Of a stretch of 64,000 bases of DNA, positions 39,939 through 53,900 are shown in pieces. Location of the stretch: positions 27,224,401-27,288,400 of the forward strand of contig CM120641.1 in the NCBI GenBank assembly GCA_051362555.1. The letters run 5' to 3'. The translations under genes were made by a program, and so were the position numbers. Positions within the stretch are counted from its first letter, which is position 1; each line of letters opens with the position of its first letter. This DNA is from Lingula anatina. Lineage: Eukaryota > Animalia > Brachiopoda. The notes under the pieces were generated by a model. That model did not search any database, was not told where the DNA came from, and saw nothing but the letters and a program-made list of their open reading frames with translations.

Positions 39939-41741
39939 CGGAGGGGATCTGTTTGGGATTAAATCATGCCGACTTTTGTATCTATTGATTTATAGGCATC
40001 TTAATTCTTACTTTTCTTTAGCTGAATCTATTTAAGTGCTCGCAGAGTCGATGGGGTCCGACAATCATATTAAACAAATGATATAAAACATTTTTTAAAA
40101 AGATGAATGTTTCATATGTCAAGGGACAGTGTGGTTATAATTATGCATAGTTTTGTGGGGAAAATATTGCTGCAATTCAGTTTAATGTTTCTCCTTCATA
40201 AAACTTTTTTCAGAAGAAAACATGCATAAACGTGTTGAAGTTAACGAATTGCTGACAGAATACAATTTAAAAAAAGATGTGAACTGTGAATAAGTAATCA
40301 ATGAAGTAAAAAGAATTTGCGATGGTCATACAAATCATCACCCCCCCCCCCCATCCCCATTCCTCGATCTATAGGACACAGTATTTAACCACAAAGGTAG
40401 CTTACAAAAGTCCATTTCCTGTGTGTAAGCTCACTTTTGACCATAATAAGAAGTATGTGAAGAGCCCCACTATGACAACATCAAAGTGTGAGTACAACTA
40501 GTCTGTTGACATTTATATTAAAAATAAGTATAAAGAAAACATTCCGACTGGTTCTGATCCGTCTCCAAACACTCTCATCTATATAGTTAAATTTAGAATA
40601 CACACTGGCCGATTTATAATATTTGTGTCAAGACTCTAAAGCTCGGATATGCAGTCAGGTGGGGGGCCTTGCCGGTAGACATACCGACTTAACGACACAA
40701 TTTGATGTTTGTCTAAATTAAGAATAATGGTCAGTTTTTTTCACATAATTGTTCTACACTATATGGTACACATGATATGTAATATATCTGGCAAAGTAGA
40801 CCAATGATAAAAACTTGCGTAGGCTCAAACAAATATGTATATCTGTAACCTCATTCCCTACAGACACTTAAACAAATTTACTATGTTCGTGATAAGCGAA
40901 AAATGATAAAGCACAACTTGTAAGTACCCCAAGTACTTTCAGAGACGGAATTATTGACGGTTTTAAGCACAACCCAAAACATTGACACTGCGGCATCGTA
41001 AAGCATATGTTTATTTTAAACATCATATTTCGCGTGGCCGGATATGTTTTTCTTGCCTTCTCTTACACCAGCAGTATAAAAATTATTCTGACGTGAATCA
41101 AATTTTAAGATTTACAAAAGGAATCTAACATCACAGGACGGGCTGTTAGTTTTAATATGGTTCAAAAAGAACTTGTTTTACGCTCTTGATTTCACAAAAG
41201 TTTAGTACTACGCTTGGTCGTTGCCTGCTTTCGTGGCCTTTTCGCGTTTAAACCAAAAAACTATTTCCCTGACGTCAAACCTGGTAAAAAAAAAAAAACC
41301 TTTTAAAGATTCTTATAGAATCATTTGTAAAATCCTTTTTTTTTTTGGGATAAGAAGAAAGCACATCTTTTCTTTCCGTTTATGCAAAGTACCCTGGAAT
41401 TCAAAGTACTGACGGCGATTCTCATCAACCTACATGTACAAAATTCTTTTTCGTCCTGGCACGCATGTACCCCCACCGGTTACATGGAAGAGTGTCCTAT
41501 AAACTGTCAAACTTGGATTGGTATTGAGCTACAATATCATAGAAGCAGTCATTAACAAATTACAAAACAGAATTGATATTGGCAATGTGCCGATACAAAC
41601 AAAAATAAACATCAGCATCATCACCATCATCATTCTCAAAATTTAACATGATCACAGTTATGACCTCTTTGACTAATAACTTGATCTTATTCTAGTATTA
41701 CACATATCATCACAATAATTATAATCATCTCTCTTCCTCCA

Positions 41742-41796
<55 letters not shown>

Positions 41797-44700
41797 CAGC
41801 TCAACTCTTATCAGCGTTATCAAAAAGGGCGCTTAACGCCTGTACACAAATTAAGCAGACGACCATGTTAAACCCTACTTCACATTAGGTCAGCAAAGAA
41901 TTAGACTCGGTATTAAGTACAAGAATAATCCAGGTGTTTGAAATCACCTCCGATGTCTGCTTTGGACAAAACACAATATTAAAGATAGTTGCAAACGTTT
42001 TAGTTAGTATGAATAATTCATGAAATGATGTTGCGGTGTGGATGGCGGCCAATTTCCCCAGCAGCTGCGTAGGGCAGCGCTCGCTTGAATTATAGATCAA
42101 ACGACAAAACTGACAGTACTTAACCTTGTTATTGAGTTAGTATTGAAGCATCATAACCTTGAGATGGGACCTTGGTGTATATGGATGATGACAAAGCATC
42201 CAGTTCATCTATAAAATGTGTCCCTTTCTTTGCTCTCCGACCTAACACACGACCTTAGTTTGTTCCAAAGAGAGAAGTCTTTTTAATTTATTACGGCAAC
42301 AATTGCTATAGCTACACCCACTATGACAGCTGGCAATTCGAAATAACTTGAGACTCTTTGGTGTCTTATAAGGTGAAGTCGCAAACATGGTCTTCTGGAT
42401 TTCGCTATCGCTATGCTGACCTAACACAAGAAAAATTCTACAGTGTATGCCACACTTTCTTCCTGGTATCTCCTTTATGACTCAAATTGACATTTAATCA
42501 AGCAGAAAATGTTTCACCTCTTATTCCATCCCCGAAAATAAATAATTAAAGACCAGCTGTGTCATTTTCGTTATATAGTATGATTTTACATTGAAAGAGA
42601 GGTGACTGATTTTCTTACGTGGTTGAAGGACAGAAAAAAACTAAACGCTAAAGTGTATCACCTTTTTGGCAGATTTAACTTTTAAATGAATACATGCTTC
42701 CTTTGTCATAGTTAATTCCAATTTATATTTCAGATGCAAGGAAAAACAAAACCCGGGGCCGTGGTAGAAAGCACAGAAGGAAGAACAGAAAAAGAGCAAA
42801 CAAAACTGATCTGTCTGAATTACATAATTCCGGGGTTGAACTATTTACTCTCCCTCTAAATTCAACAGAAATAAATGAAAGTGAAAAGCCTAAAAGTCGC
42901 AGAAAAAAGAAGAAGAAGAAGAAGAAAGAGGACGAGGATTTGCCACAGGGTGATGACCCAAGAAGGGGAGACATACCAATAGCTCTTGCATACTGGAACA
43001 CCTCAACTTCTCCGGTAGGTGGCGCTGCTAGGATAGCGTCTTAATGTAGTGTTAATCAAGTTGGTGTTTATTTTATTCACATTACTCCAGAACAGTAGCA
43101 CAGTTTTTCAATACTAGACTTAACATTTGTGGTCTGGCTTCTACTAGTTTAGTTGCTATCGAGGTGTGTCTTGCTACCAACCCAAGTAGACTAGCCTGTA
43201 TTTAACATGGCATCGTCGTGTGTTTAGAAACATTTTAGAAGATAATAAATGCTTCCTCAAAGTTCAATGTTAATGTTGACGTGTTTTAAGTGACCCAAAC
43301 ACTATACAAGGCTTACAGACAATGCAAGCGAAATTAGCTTGAAGTCTGACGTCACGCCCTAGTTTTTTTAAATTGTTTTTATGGATATAATGATTGTTTA
43401 CGGAAAATTTACAAAACAAAATAGCAAACAAACAATTAGAATAACAAATTTCATTGAAAACAAAGTAGACTTGGGACGCATTCGGTGGGAATATTGGTTG
43501 TCACTTGGATATCTAAGCAGTTGTGTTAAGGTTAACCAAAAAGGATACCTTAATAAGAAAACTTCCATATCCCTTGGACGTGCTTTTCACAAATATTTTA
43601 AAACCAAATCCAATAAGCAAAAAAATAACGCAATGCCTTATGCATGTCTGTTTCTAGGCTCCTTCAAATGTGGTGGACGGTGCGTTGGTAGGTAAAGATT
43701 TAGAGCTACCTCAAAGCGACGATAGTAATAGAGGTCAAAATGATGGAGGGTGGTGGGACCTTTTTGGAGGGAATGAAGACCCAACTGACGCACCTAAGAA
43801 TGCAACTCGTCCTACTTCTAGTTCACAGAAACCCACCCCGCCATCCACTAAGGTAAACTTACTCAGCAAAAACAGTAATTGTATAAAAAATCTTAAGAAG
43901 TCTCCAAACAGAGACCTGTTAAAGTGTTTGTTCCGAACATACTCGAATCACAAATATGCATAAGATTTATGTTAAACGGTGATTAGCGTGGAGTTCACTT
44001 TAAAGAGCGCAAAGTTAACTTTCTGAAAAACAAAATAAATAAACTGATGTGCAATCACTCGTGACGGAAACGTCCGATAATTGACGGCTTATATTAACCA
44101 ATCACATTGTGTGTGACTTCTGAAAGTAACACAGGATTATTGAATTTCAGCCATTTTACAAAACAACCACCACCACTACTACACCTACCACTACTACTAG
44201 AACTAGTACTACTACTACCACTACTACTACCACTCGCAGAGACGATCGCTTTTCCATAGACCCCGCTTCTGTAGTATTCGGTAGAGGGGACTTAACCCCT
44301 TTCTCAAATGTTGTAGACGTAAGTCATTAGACGATAACATTTTAATGTTAAAAGAGTTTATTATCATTTTTTATTGTTTCATTTATTTATTTATTTATTT
44401 ATTATTATTTTTTTTCTATAGTTGATTGCATATCAGGCTATTAATATAAATGAAATAACTTTGATATATTATAATAAAAATCTTTGTGTGAACACTCAGA
44501 TAATTAACGTCACTAATTAGTAAAAGAGTCACTGACACTGAACATTACTGATCGGATAACATATATATTATTATCTATTAACCATAAATATTCATTTAAT
44601 TTAAATATATGTGGTCATGTGCATCTTTTTCAGTACGAAGGACAGTGTGACCGTCGCACAGCCTGTCAGTGCTACACACAACAAGGAAGGCCGGTAAGGT

Positions 44701-45981
44701 TCACTGGCAGAGAATATTAAAAGAACACACGATCCTAGCACGTTGCGTAAAACGAATATTTTTTATTTTATTTATTTTACTATTTTAATAAGATAATTGA
44801 CTGTCTTAAGTTACAGACCAAAAAATTCGGTCTAACCAGTTAAAGATAAATCCATATTACTCCACATCAGGCCTGTTGTCAGAAAATTCAAATGGAGGGA
44901 GGGGGGTCTCCTGGAAAAGTAGACTTTTTTATTCCTACTTACTAAATACCTCATTTTTTCATTTAGAAACTGTATGTGTACTCTTGTAGCCTGTGATGTC
45001 TATGTTTACAAGATTGTAATATGATGAATTTTTTTACCGCAGGGAATCCAGGGAGAGAAAGGTGATAGAGGGGACAGAGGTTTGCCGGGTATCCAAGGGG
45101 AAGACGGCACAGTCGGCCCCCTTGGACCCAGAGGCCTCGACGGTGAAAAGGGCGACGCTGGTGGGAAGGGAGAAAGGGTAAGAAAATTGACTACTGCAAA
45201 TATTAAAAATCATGGAGAGAAATGTAGAAAAGCTTTTATTGCACGCAGAAGAAATTATTATTCATAAAGGTGTAAGGTGATCTTTTTGTAAAATATCACT
45301 GGTATTTTTTGTTCCAGAACGCAATTAAAGTTCGTATAACAGAGTAGTATTTTGCCTTTTAATCTTTTAGTTTGCATGAACGAATGGTCGTGCTTTTAAC
45401 ATGATATTAAAATAAAATAGAATTAATTTCATTAAACAATTAAGCACAAGGACTAATTGGTTTTCCCTTATACCGCAGGGCTCACAAGGCGTGCCTGGTA
45501 CACCCGGTTTACCCGGACCACCGGTAGGTGTCGTTATCTTTGGAAACAAGCCTCGTCAAAGTGATTATGATCTTAAAAATAAACGAGTAACACACACAAA
45601 CAAAAAACGAAAGCAATTATAAAAATAGATACTTAAGTGAATACGTTTTGCACACGGGGAAGTATAGTGCATGTAACCTCCATGGCTTTGTTACCAAAGC
45701 AAGGTGAAATTATTCAGAAATTTAAAAAAAAGGTTGTCATTTGTTATTTCTGACAGGGCCTGGAAGGACAGCAGGGCCGGCAGGGATTCCCGGGCATCGC
45801 TGGACTGGAGGGACAAGAGGGTCCCAAGGGATCCAAGGGAGACCCAGGGAGAAACGGTTACGATGGCCTACCTGGGCCACCGGTAACAGATTATTGCCTA
45901 TTTTTCATTCGTTCTTTATTTATTTCACGTATTTGTGAAATACAGAATACAGAGACAGTATGAATATACTTGACAAGAATG

Positions 45982-46019
<38 letters not shown>

Positions 46020-47161
46020 GCTTTAGAGTGAATTAGAGTAAATGTGCTCAGATGCGCTACGAATGAGAATTACATGTATAACGAATATCAATTCTGAAAA
46101 AAATCTGACCAAGGTGTTTTTTGCGTCTTGAATATCTTTACATAAAGTATTTCAAGTTAGTTCAATTTCTGTTCTGACTTCTAGGGACCAAAAGGAGACC
46201 GGGGATTTGATGGGCGCGATGGATTTAAAGTAAGGAAATAACATAAACATCATATAATAAGCAACTGTAAAAGCTTGAATCTGTCTGGAGCATTGAATCA
46301 TATGGCACTCAAACTTTATAAAAAATTTATACTTTTTAAACTATAAAATATTTAAGGATTGTTTTATTTCATGTGGTCTGTTAAGGGTTTAGTTTTCCAA
46401 ATCCCTTGCACCAGAGTCTTTGGCTGATGTGGCTCTGTAGGTTATGCAGGGGACAATGGGGTCCGTGTCTTTTCGTGATCTCTGAATTTTTATAGATGTT
46501 TACCGTCACCCTTCAAGTGCTTTGCTCCAGCATTATAAACTTTGCTTACTTAACTCTCAGGATATGCAGGTATTTGCAGACTTCTTCAGTCCGATCCTTT
46601 ATCAAGACAAAAACACACGGCAGACCATTGTAGTGGTACATCTGTAGACTATATGTGCGCTAAATAAATTCTAATCTTTATGTTCGAAAGAACGAATATA
46701 TATTACTGCCCTTGCGGTGCCTTTCGCTCCGCACCTCCCTTTTGACAGTGCGCTTTGCATTACTCATAACTAATTATCAGGTCAAAAGTCACGTATGAAG
46801 AAATAAATATTTTGAAATCCATGTGGAAGCAGATAACTGCGATATCGGTCACTCACTATCAGACCTGCCTTGCCTCTGTCAGTGATACGGCCAGTCCCGT
46901 TTCGTCTCTCCATATAATAAAACTTCATGTTATCTTTTTGTAAAATATATAGTGGCAATATACCAAATAGATGATATTTGATTTCGAACCAAAGTGTTTA
47001 TTCATGTGAAATTTGTCCTTATAGCATCAGTCGATTGGTCGAACTATATCAAGTAAAATAATGGATCGGCTGTTTCTGAATTTCAGGGCTCTAAAGGTGA
47101 ATTAGGAGACCCGGGTTTGCGAGGACTTCCGGGATGTGACGGATTCAATGTAAGTTGTATC

Positions 47162-47199
<38 letters not shown>

Positions 47200-50100
47200 G
47201 TTAGGGTTAGCCTGACCTAAGTGGGTCAAAATCTAGGGCGAGGCTCACCTGTACAAATAAATGTGAAGCGGGCTCTCTATCATGGCGGACTCTCTGTCAC
47301 GTTACATCGGTCAAGTTGTCATCTTTACGATTGCAGGGTACCAAAGGCGACAGAGGCGACATTGGTCCTCCCGGTCCTTATGGTGGTCCACGGGTAAGCC
47401 GAAAATAAATAACCCATCTGCATTACTTCTTGTCTCCAAGTATCTCGTTATTTTTCTCGAATTGTTGATAATTTGCTGTAATAGAAACCAGAAGCCAAAT
47501 GTTGGGGCAATACTCTAAAATAGCGGTTTTTTTATATTCATTATCATTATATTTAACTTTATCATTTAGATAGATGACAATTTTCATATTATCTCCTGTG
47601 TTTGATTTTATCTGTTCGAGTAAAAAAAGAGGATCGGTCTTTGGGCATTTGAGGCACATAAATCTTACTTACGCCATTAATTTTTGTAGTTGTAATTTGC
47701 TCAAATTAAAAAAAATGTATTTGTGGTGAGAAAACGTTAGAATGTTGTTAGAATCGCAAACACTGCTCGATACAATACGTTTCCTTCCTAATTTCCAGGG
47801 GGATCCAGGACAAAAGGGTAAAGTTCTTATTACATTAACTAAAAAACACAGAACGTCAATAGTATGTGTTTCTCTTTTAAAGCTTTTATTAAATTTTCAA
47901 TAAATAAATAAATAAATTACCATTCATTTTGAACGCGTCATCTTTAGTATCATAATTGTGTTTTGATATTTGACATTATATTATCCTGTAGGTTAACCCG
48001 ACAGTAAAATCAAAATGTATTGGTATATATATATATATTGTTTTTTTATTTTAGGAGAGGAAGGGGTGCCTGGTCGTAGTATTGTTGGACCACGAGGACA
48101 AAAGGTACACTGTACTCTAATTTGTTACAAGAAAACTAATGCTGTACTAGCTTCATAACGTAAATCGACGTATAATTTAGAGTATATGATCAACAGTTTT
48201 GTTTCACATATTTGAGTAAATCTCAATTATCGATATGGTCAGTAGAACAGAGTAATTAAGTATAGATTTTCTCATCATAGTTATTCATCATTTACCGTTT
48301 TTATCATCAGGGAGACCGTGGCGTGCCAGGCTTACATGGATTTAACGGAGAGAAAGGCCAAAGAGTAAAAATAACTATTTACTGGCGTGAAGCTCTTTAG
48401 TACAGACAAAAAAATTTATCCGTAAAAATTACCAAACTTGAAAATAAGTGTTTAGTTTTATTATGATATTTCTTCTTTTCACGCCAAAAACTATATAATT
48501 CTATTATAAGGCTGTCCAAGTGCTGTTCTTTAAAACATTTTAATAGTACAAATAGGCCTCTAATGGAGACATTATTTAAAATGGTCTCATGCTTTAATCA
48601 GTATTTTCAGTAATGGACATAACCACTATAATGCTCTTGAATGTAAGAAATAAAGAGTCGTAGTCCAAATCATTACGTTTTTTATCTGTGTTTTAGGGTG
48701 ACACGGGCCTTACAGGAGACATGGGACCTCCTGGATTTGGATATAAAGGAAGTATAGGCGACAAGGTACAGAAATAATTGCCAATTTCATCGCCGCTTAA
48801 CATTTATATTGAACATGTGTATATATCAGTCTCTTATCTATAAGGGCTTTGTAAAAATAAAAAAAGTTAGTTAAGAAACGCGTTAAGATGTTTAAATGGG
48901 CATTTTACTGACAAAGGTTAAGTAAACCATTCAGCTTGGTTGTCTCATATTTAAGTAAGTTTAAAAACCATTGAAAATCATAAAACACTCTACCATATAA
49001 GGAGAGCATTGGATAGTTCATCAATATCATAGTTCGTTTTGCAAAATACAGACTATTATTCTTATCGATATATTGTTATATATTATATGATATATTAAAA
49101 ATATAAATATATGTATCATCAGGGAGACAAAGGGGACAGGGGAGATACAGGTTTCCCAGGTCCGAGTGGCTATACAGGACCCACAGGGGAAAAGGGGGAC
49201 CGAGGGGCTGGGTATCCAGGTAGGGGGCGCAATTTACTTATCCGTCTTTTTAACTGATATTCAGGCTAAGTTTATTTTTCATATGCTGCAGACTGATTAA
49301 AGATACCATTAATATAGGTAAAAATGTTTTTTATTCAGATGTGGGTTAATACACTTTACCTTTGTATATTCCAGTTTAATGCTTTTTAAAACTGAACGTC
49401 AAACGATGAGAGTCCGTAGTTGAAAGCAAACGCATGCGGTTTAATACAATTTTATATTAAATCACATTAAAAGAAACGACGTATTATTAACCTGTATAGG
49501 TGGATTCTTATAATCTCATAAATATATAATCTCATATAATCTAACATGGTCTTGTAGGCGTAAAAGGAGACATAGGTCCACCAGGTCTGATGGGTTTCCC
49601 AGGTCCGGAAGGTCCTGCTGGTCCGCCTGGCCGGGACGGCATCGGGAGACCAGGACAGAAGGGCGAAGAAGGTAGGTAGTGCCTTGAAACGTATCATTAT
49701 TGGAGCTGGTGACACTATTCAAGCTTTCCTTAAGCCCTCTTTACACTGTCTTTTCTGCGTCCCGTAGTACGGCCCCGTTTGAGAATAAAAAAATATACTT
49801 TACGTGCCAACAACTGGCTAGTCATTGAGCATTCATTCTTCAACCAAAGCGATGCTTGTGCCTCCTTTCTACGACCACAGGGATGCCAGTTTCATGGTCG
49901 CACTAAGGATGCAGGAAGGACACCGTCCAGTGTAAAGGGGGTTTAAGTAGAAACATGTATTATTATTGGAGCTGTTGACACTATTTGAGCTTTCCTCACA
50001 GACTGTACGTTTTTCGATAATTCCTCTTTTCATCTGAACATTAGCATTACACTGGTAGCAATAGAAATTCAGTTTCTTTGGTGGATCCTAGAAGTAGAGG

Positions 50101-50884
50101 TATGGTACACGTATAGAGAGAGATCCACCTGTTATATACATGAGATAATGATAATAATTCAAACGAGACCACATTCCTTTAATATAGGTATGCACTTTTG
50201 ATTATGTTATAATACAATATATAATGATCTGTACATCTGCCGTGCATTTGCTTTTTAGGTCGCCAAGGTTACAGTATCACCGGACCCCCGGGACCACAGG
50301 GAGTTAAAGGGGAACAAGGTGACCAGGGTTTCGTTGGACCCCCTGGTTTCGAGGGCAGAAAAGGGGAGAGAGGTTTCGGGGATAAAGGTTAATATATACG
50401 TTTAAGTGTTTTTCTCTGTAGAGTTTACATAGAAAAGTATATTTCCTTTTCTAATATAACTCCCATTTTGGGAAAAAATCATTTGCTATGTTTAATAATT
50501 ATATGTTTTGGTGAGTAATATGTATATCTCTGATACTGGAACTTACATTAGCAACTGGCCGACGTTGCCGCATGTCAACAAATTAAGTGACCAGTCCATC
50601 CAGGGTTGAGATCGCAACATCGACCAGTTGCTAATGTAAGCTCCAGTATCAGAGCTACATACATTTCTTATTCTAATTCTACTGGATGACTAAATACATT
50701 CACTCAGTTTTAAATGTTGTGGCGTAAACAGGAGTCGCCCAGCGAAAGATTTCAGGTTAAGCTTAGGAGGAAAGACTGTGATCACCACTCGTATATTTGA
50801 CGGTGTTGACTTAACATATTAATTAAAGGTGTCGCGAAAATATCTTTGTATTTTTAAAATAAACATGTGCAATATGGCATCCAA

Positions 50885-50928
<44 letters not shown>

Positions 50929-53900
50929 ATGCGTGGATGAGAAAACTGGCGAGAAAGCTCTTGTGTAAAAATACTTGAAGACAACCTATGTAAAATGACA
51001 TAGTATACTCAAGACGAAGCTAGAAACTCTGCCTTAACAGGCAACATTTAAAATCTTAAAGCACAACGTTAGAGTCGTCAAAAAAAGTAATCTACTTCTT
51101 TGTTACACTTATATTAACTTAGGCGAAAAGGGTGAGGTGGGTCCTCGTGGAGACTACGGCCCCCCTGGTCCAATTACACCAGGTCCGAAAGGTGAACGGG
51201 GCGAACCTGGTGAGATTGGATTTCCCGGACCGCCTGGCCCTGAAGGTATAAGAGGATTTGAAGGTGGTCTGGGGTTCCCAGGTCCAGCGGGTCCAGTCGG
51301 TGCCAAGGGAGAAAAAGGTTAGTAAAAATATACATATATTTGACGCAAAGGGTTATAGAAAGTCTGGTTTCAAATAATGAAAATATACTTCTTTTCATTA
51401 ATTTTAATTTAAAAATTTAATTTAAAATTAAATTTAATTTAAAAAATTAAATTTAATTTAAAAAAATTAAATTTAATTTAAAAATCAAAATTGCGCAAAA
51501 TGCAAATGATAAATACTAACATTGTGAATGTAAAATCTTGGCCTTAAGAACAAAGAGGAGATGTCATTTACGACTATGTAAAACGTTAATTCCTGACATT
51601 TTCATCTCCCAGGTGAAGCAGTTCCTCTTTTCGGTCCGAAAGGAAAGAAAGGAGAACCGGGCTACGGCAACCCTGGTCCTATGGGCCCAGGGGGTAACAG
51701 AGGGGTCCCTGGACCCCCGGGCCCTATTGGACCACCAGGGTCCATTGGATTCCCTGGAAATCGAGGATTGGATGGACCACCAGGACGCACGGGTCGCATC
51801 GGAGCTCCAGGTAAACGACAGTACTAGATGAAAGATTTTAGAATGAGTAAGAGGTATTATATATGGCACAAAAATTATTTATAATACACTCTCAAGAAAA
51901 ATCTTACTTTTACAGTGACGCGTAGATAAACGTGAATCTTAAAGTGTATTTTTCAAAATGTCATACAAATCTTTCTCGTATTATGACAGAATTGAAAATA
52001 GTAAAAAAATACAAATAATTCCTTGTAATATATATGTTACCTATACACATGCACCATTCTTTGCTTTGTACACTTATTGCTACACGTACATTTATCAAGT
52101 ACACAATAATTATATATGAGTCTCTCGGTTGTGTAATCCTAGGTTCCCCAGGCAACTCTGCCTTCATCTATGCGCGCCATAGCCAGAAACGCGATCGCAT
52201 CGTCTGCGCTCAAGGACACAGATTACTCTGGGAAGGCTATAGCTTACTACACACTGAAGACGACGGAAGATCCCACGTGCAGGATCTAGGTATTTTGTTA
52301 AGTCGCAGTATTTTCACAACATTTATATATGGTGGCAATTTTGCCAAGCGCAAAAGCTCATATTTTGGAAATCAAAGCTCCCAAAACATGAGACAGATTC
52401 GGTGAAATAGTTTTTTCATTGTCTCTTGTGCAATGATGATAAATGAGTAAAAACGCGTTTTCCCCTTTAAGTTATACATGAACCTAAAAGTGCTACCTTT
52501 CAACAACAACATCTGTCTTGAAGTTTCATCTCAAAGTTAATTTGACTTGTACTTAAGCCAACTTCTCTTTCGGTCAAAAGGGATCCTTTGTACCATTTTT
52601 CTATGAAAATTATTACATGAAATTCTCAAGAGGGGTTAAGACGGAGAATCAAATAAAAACCGTGTTAAAATATTTCAGGGCAAGCTGGGTCATGCATGCG
52701 GAAATTCAGCCCAATGCCTTTCATGTTCTGTAATATCAAGAACCAGTGCAACTACGGCAAGAGGACGGCCACGAGTTATTGGCTGTCCACAGACATGCCC
52801 ATGCCCATGGTGCCAGTGACGATGGGAGATGCCGAGCCGTATATAGGACGGTAAGCACGTGAAACCCATGTGGAGACTGTCAAAAGTTTGATACAGTAGG
52901 CCTATTATGTGAGAGTTGACATAGGGTGCATTCCCAGAGATTTCGATCGATCCAGATATTTAGATCGACCTAACTCCTTGGGGGTTCACTCTAACACCCC
53001 ATTCTCATAGATTAGATCGACCTACATTGGATCGACCTAACTCCCTGGGGGTTCACGCTAAATAGCTGTCAGCCGGGCGGACACGAAAGTTAATTACCCC
53101 TTAAAGCTTGTAGTAGGCGGGGACGGACACTTAAGGGGGATTATCTGACAGTAATCTAGTGAGACTCCCCGCGGTGATAGATCGATCTAAAAGTTGTGAG
53201 AACAGAGCCTAAATTGCAGTCAGCCGAGCGCGCACCATAGTTAATTACCCCCTTACAGCTTTTAGTAGGCGGGGCAGACGCTTAAGCCGGCTAAGCTGAC
53301 AGTAATCTAGTGAGACTCCACACAGGGAAAGATCGATCTAAAATCTATGGGAATGGGGTCATAGTGTCCGATTGATCAAAGTCCAGTACATCATCCCAAG
53401 GAAATTGTATTCTGGAAAGATATGATCTCATTCTATGACATGTATAAATGTCCGTCTGTCAGATTCAAACAGAAGTGGTGACAAAAACCAAACTTCCCCG
53501 CTTAAAACATGTCGTGATAAGAGAAGGTGGCATTTTATCACAATATTTTGGGGAAATATACCTAACTGAACGTTTTTAGGAGGATATTAGAGGTCAGTCT
53601 TGGGAGTTTGGCTAATGTGTACTCAAATCGACCACCTTTTGAATTGAAAGAATGCGAAATGCAGAAAGAAGGAATTACACATTTTTATAGATATGACACC
53701 CCACGTATTATATTTCCAGATGTGGAGTCTGCCAAGCTCCGGGTCCGGTTATAGCTCTTCACAGTCAAGACTCCGTCATTCCCACCTGCCCTGATGGGTG
53801 GAACGAGTTGTGGATGGGATATAGTTTCGTAATGGTATGTCTTGTGCGATTTTTAAACCTACGGTCATAACTTAGGTTTAATGAAATGCACGATGAGAAA

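Noticed and set aside
44160-44235. (ACT/ACC)n as a non-coding microsatellite
   Set aside because: It lies within a phase-compatible collagen exon and encodes the Thr-rich segment.
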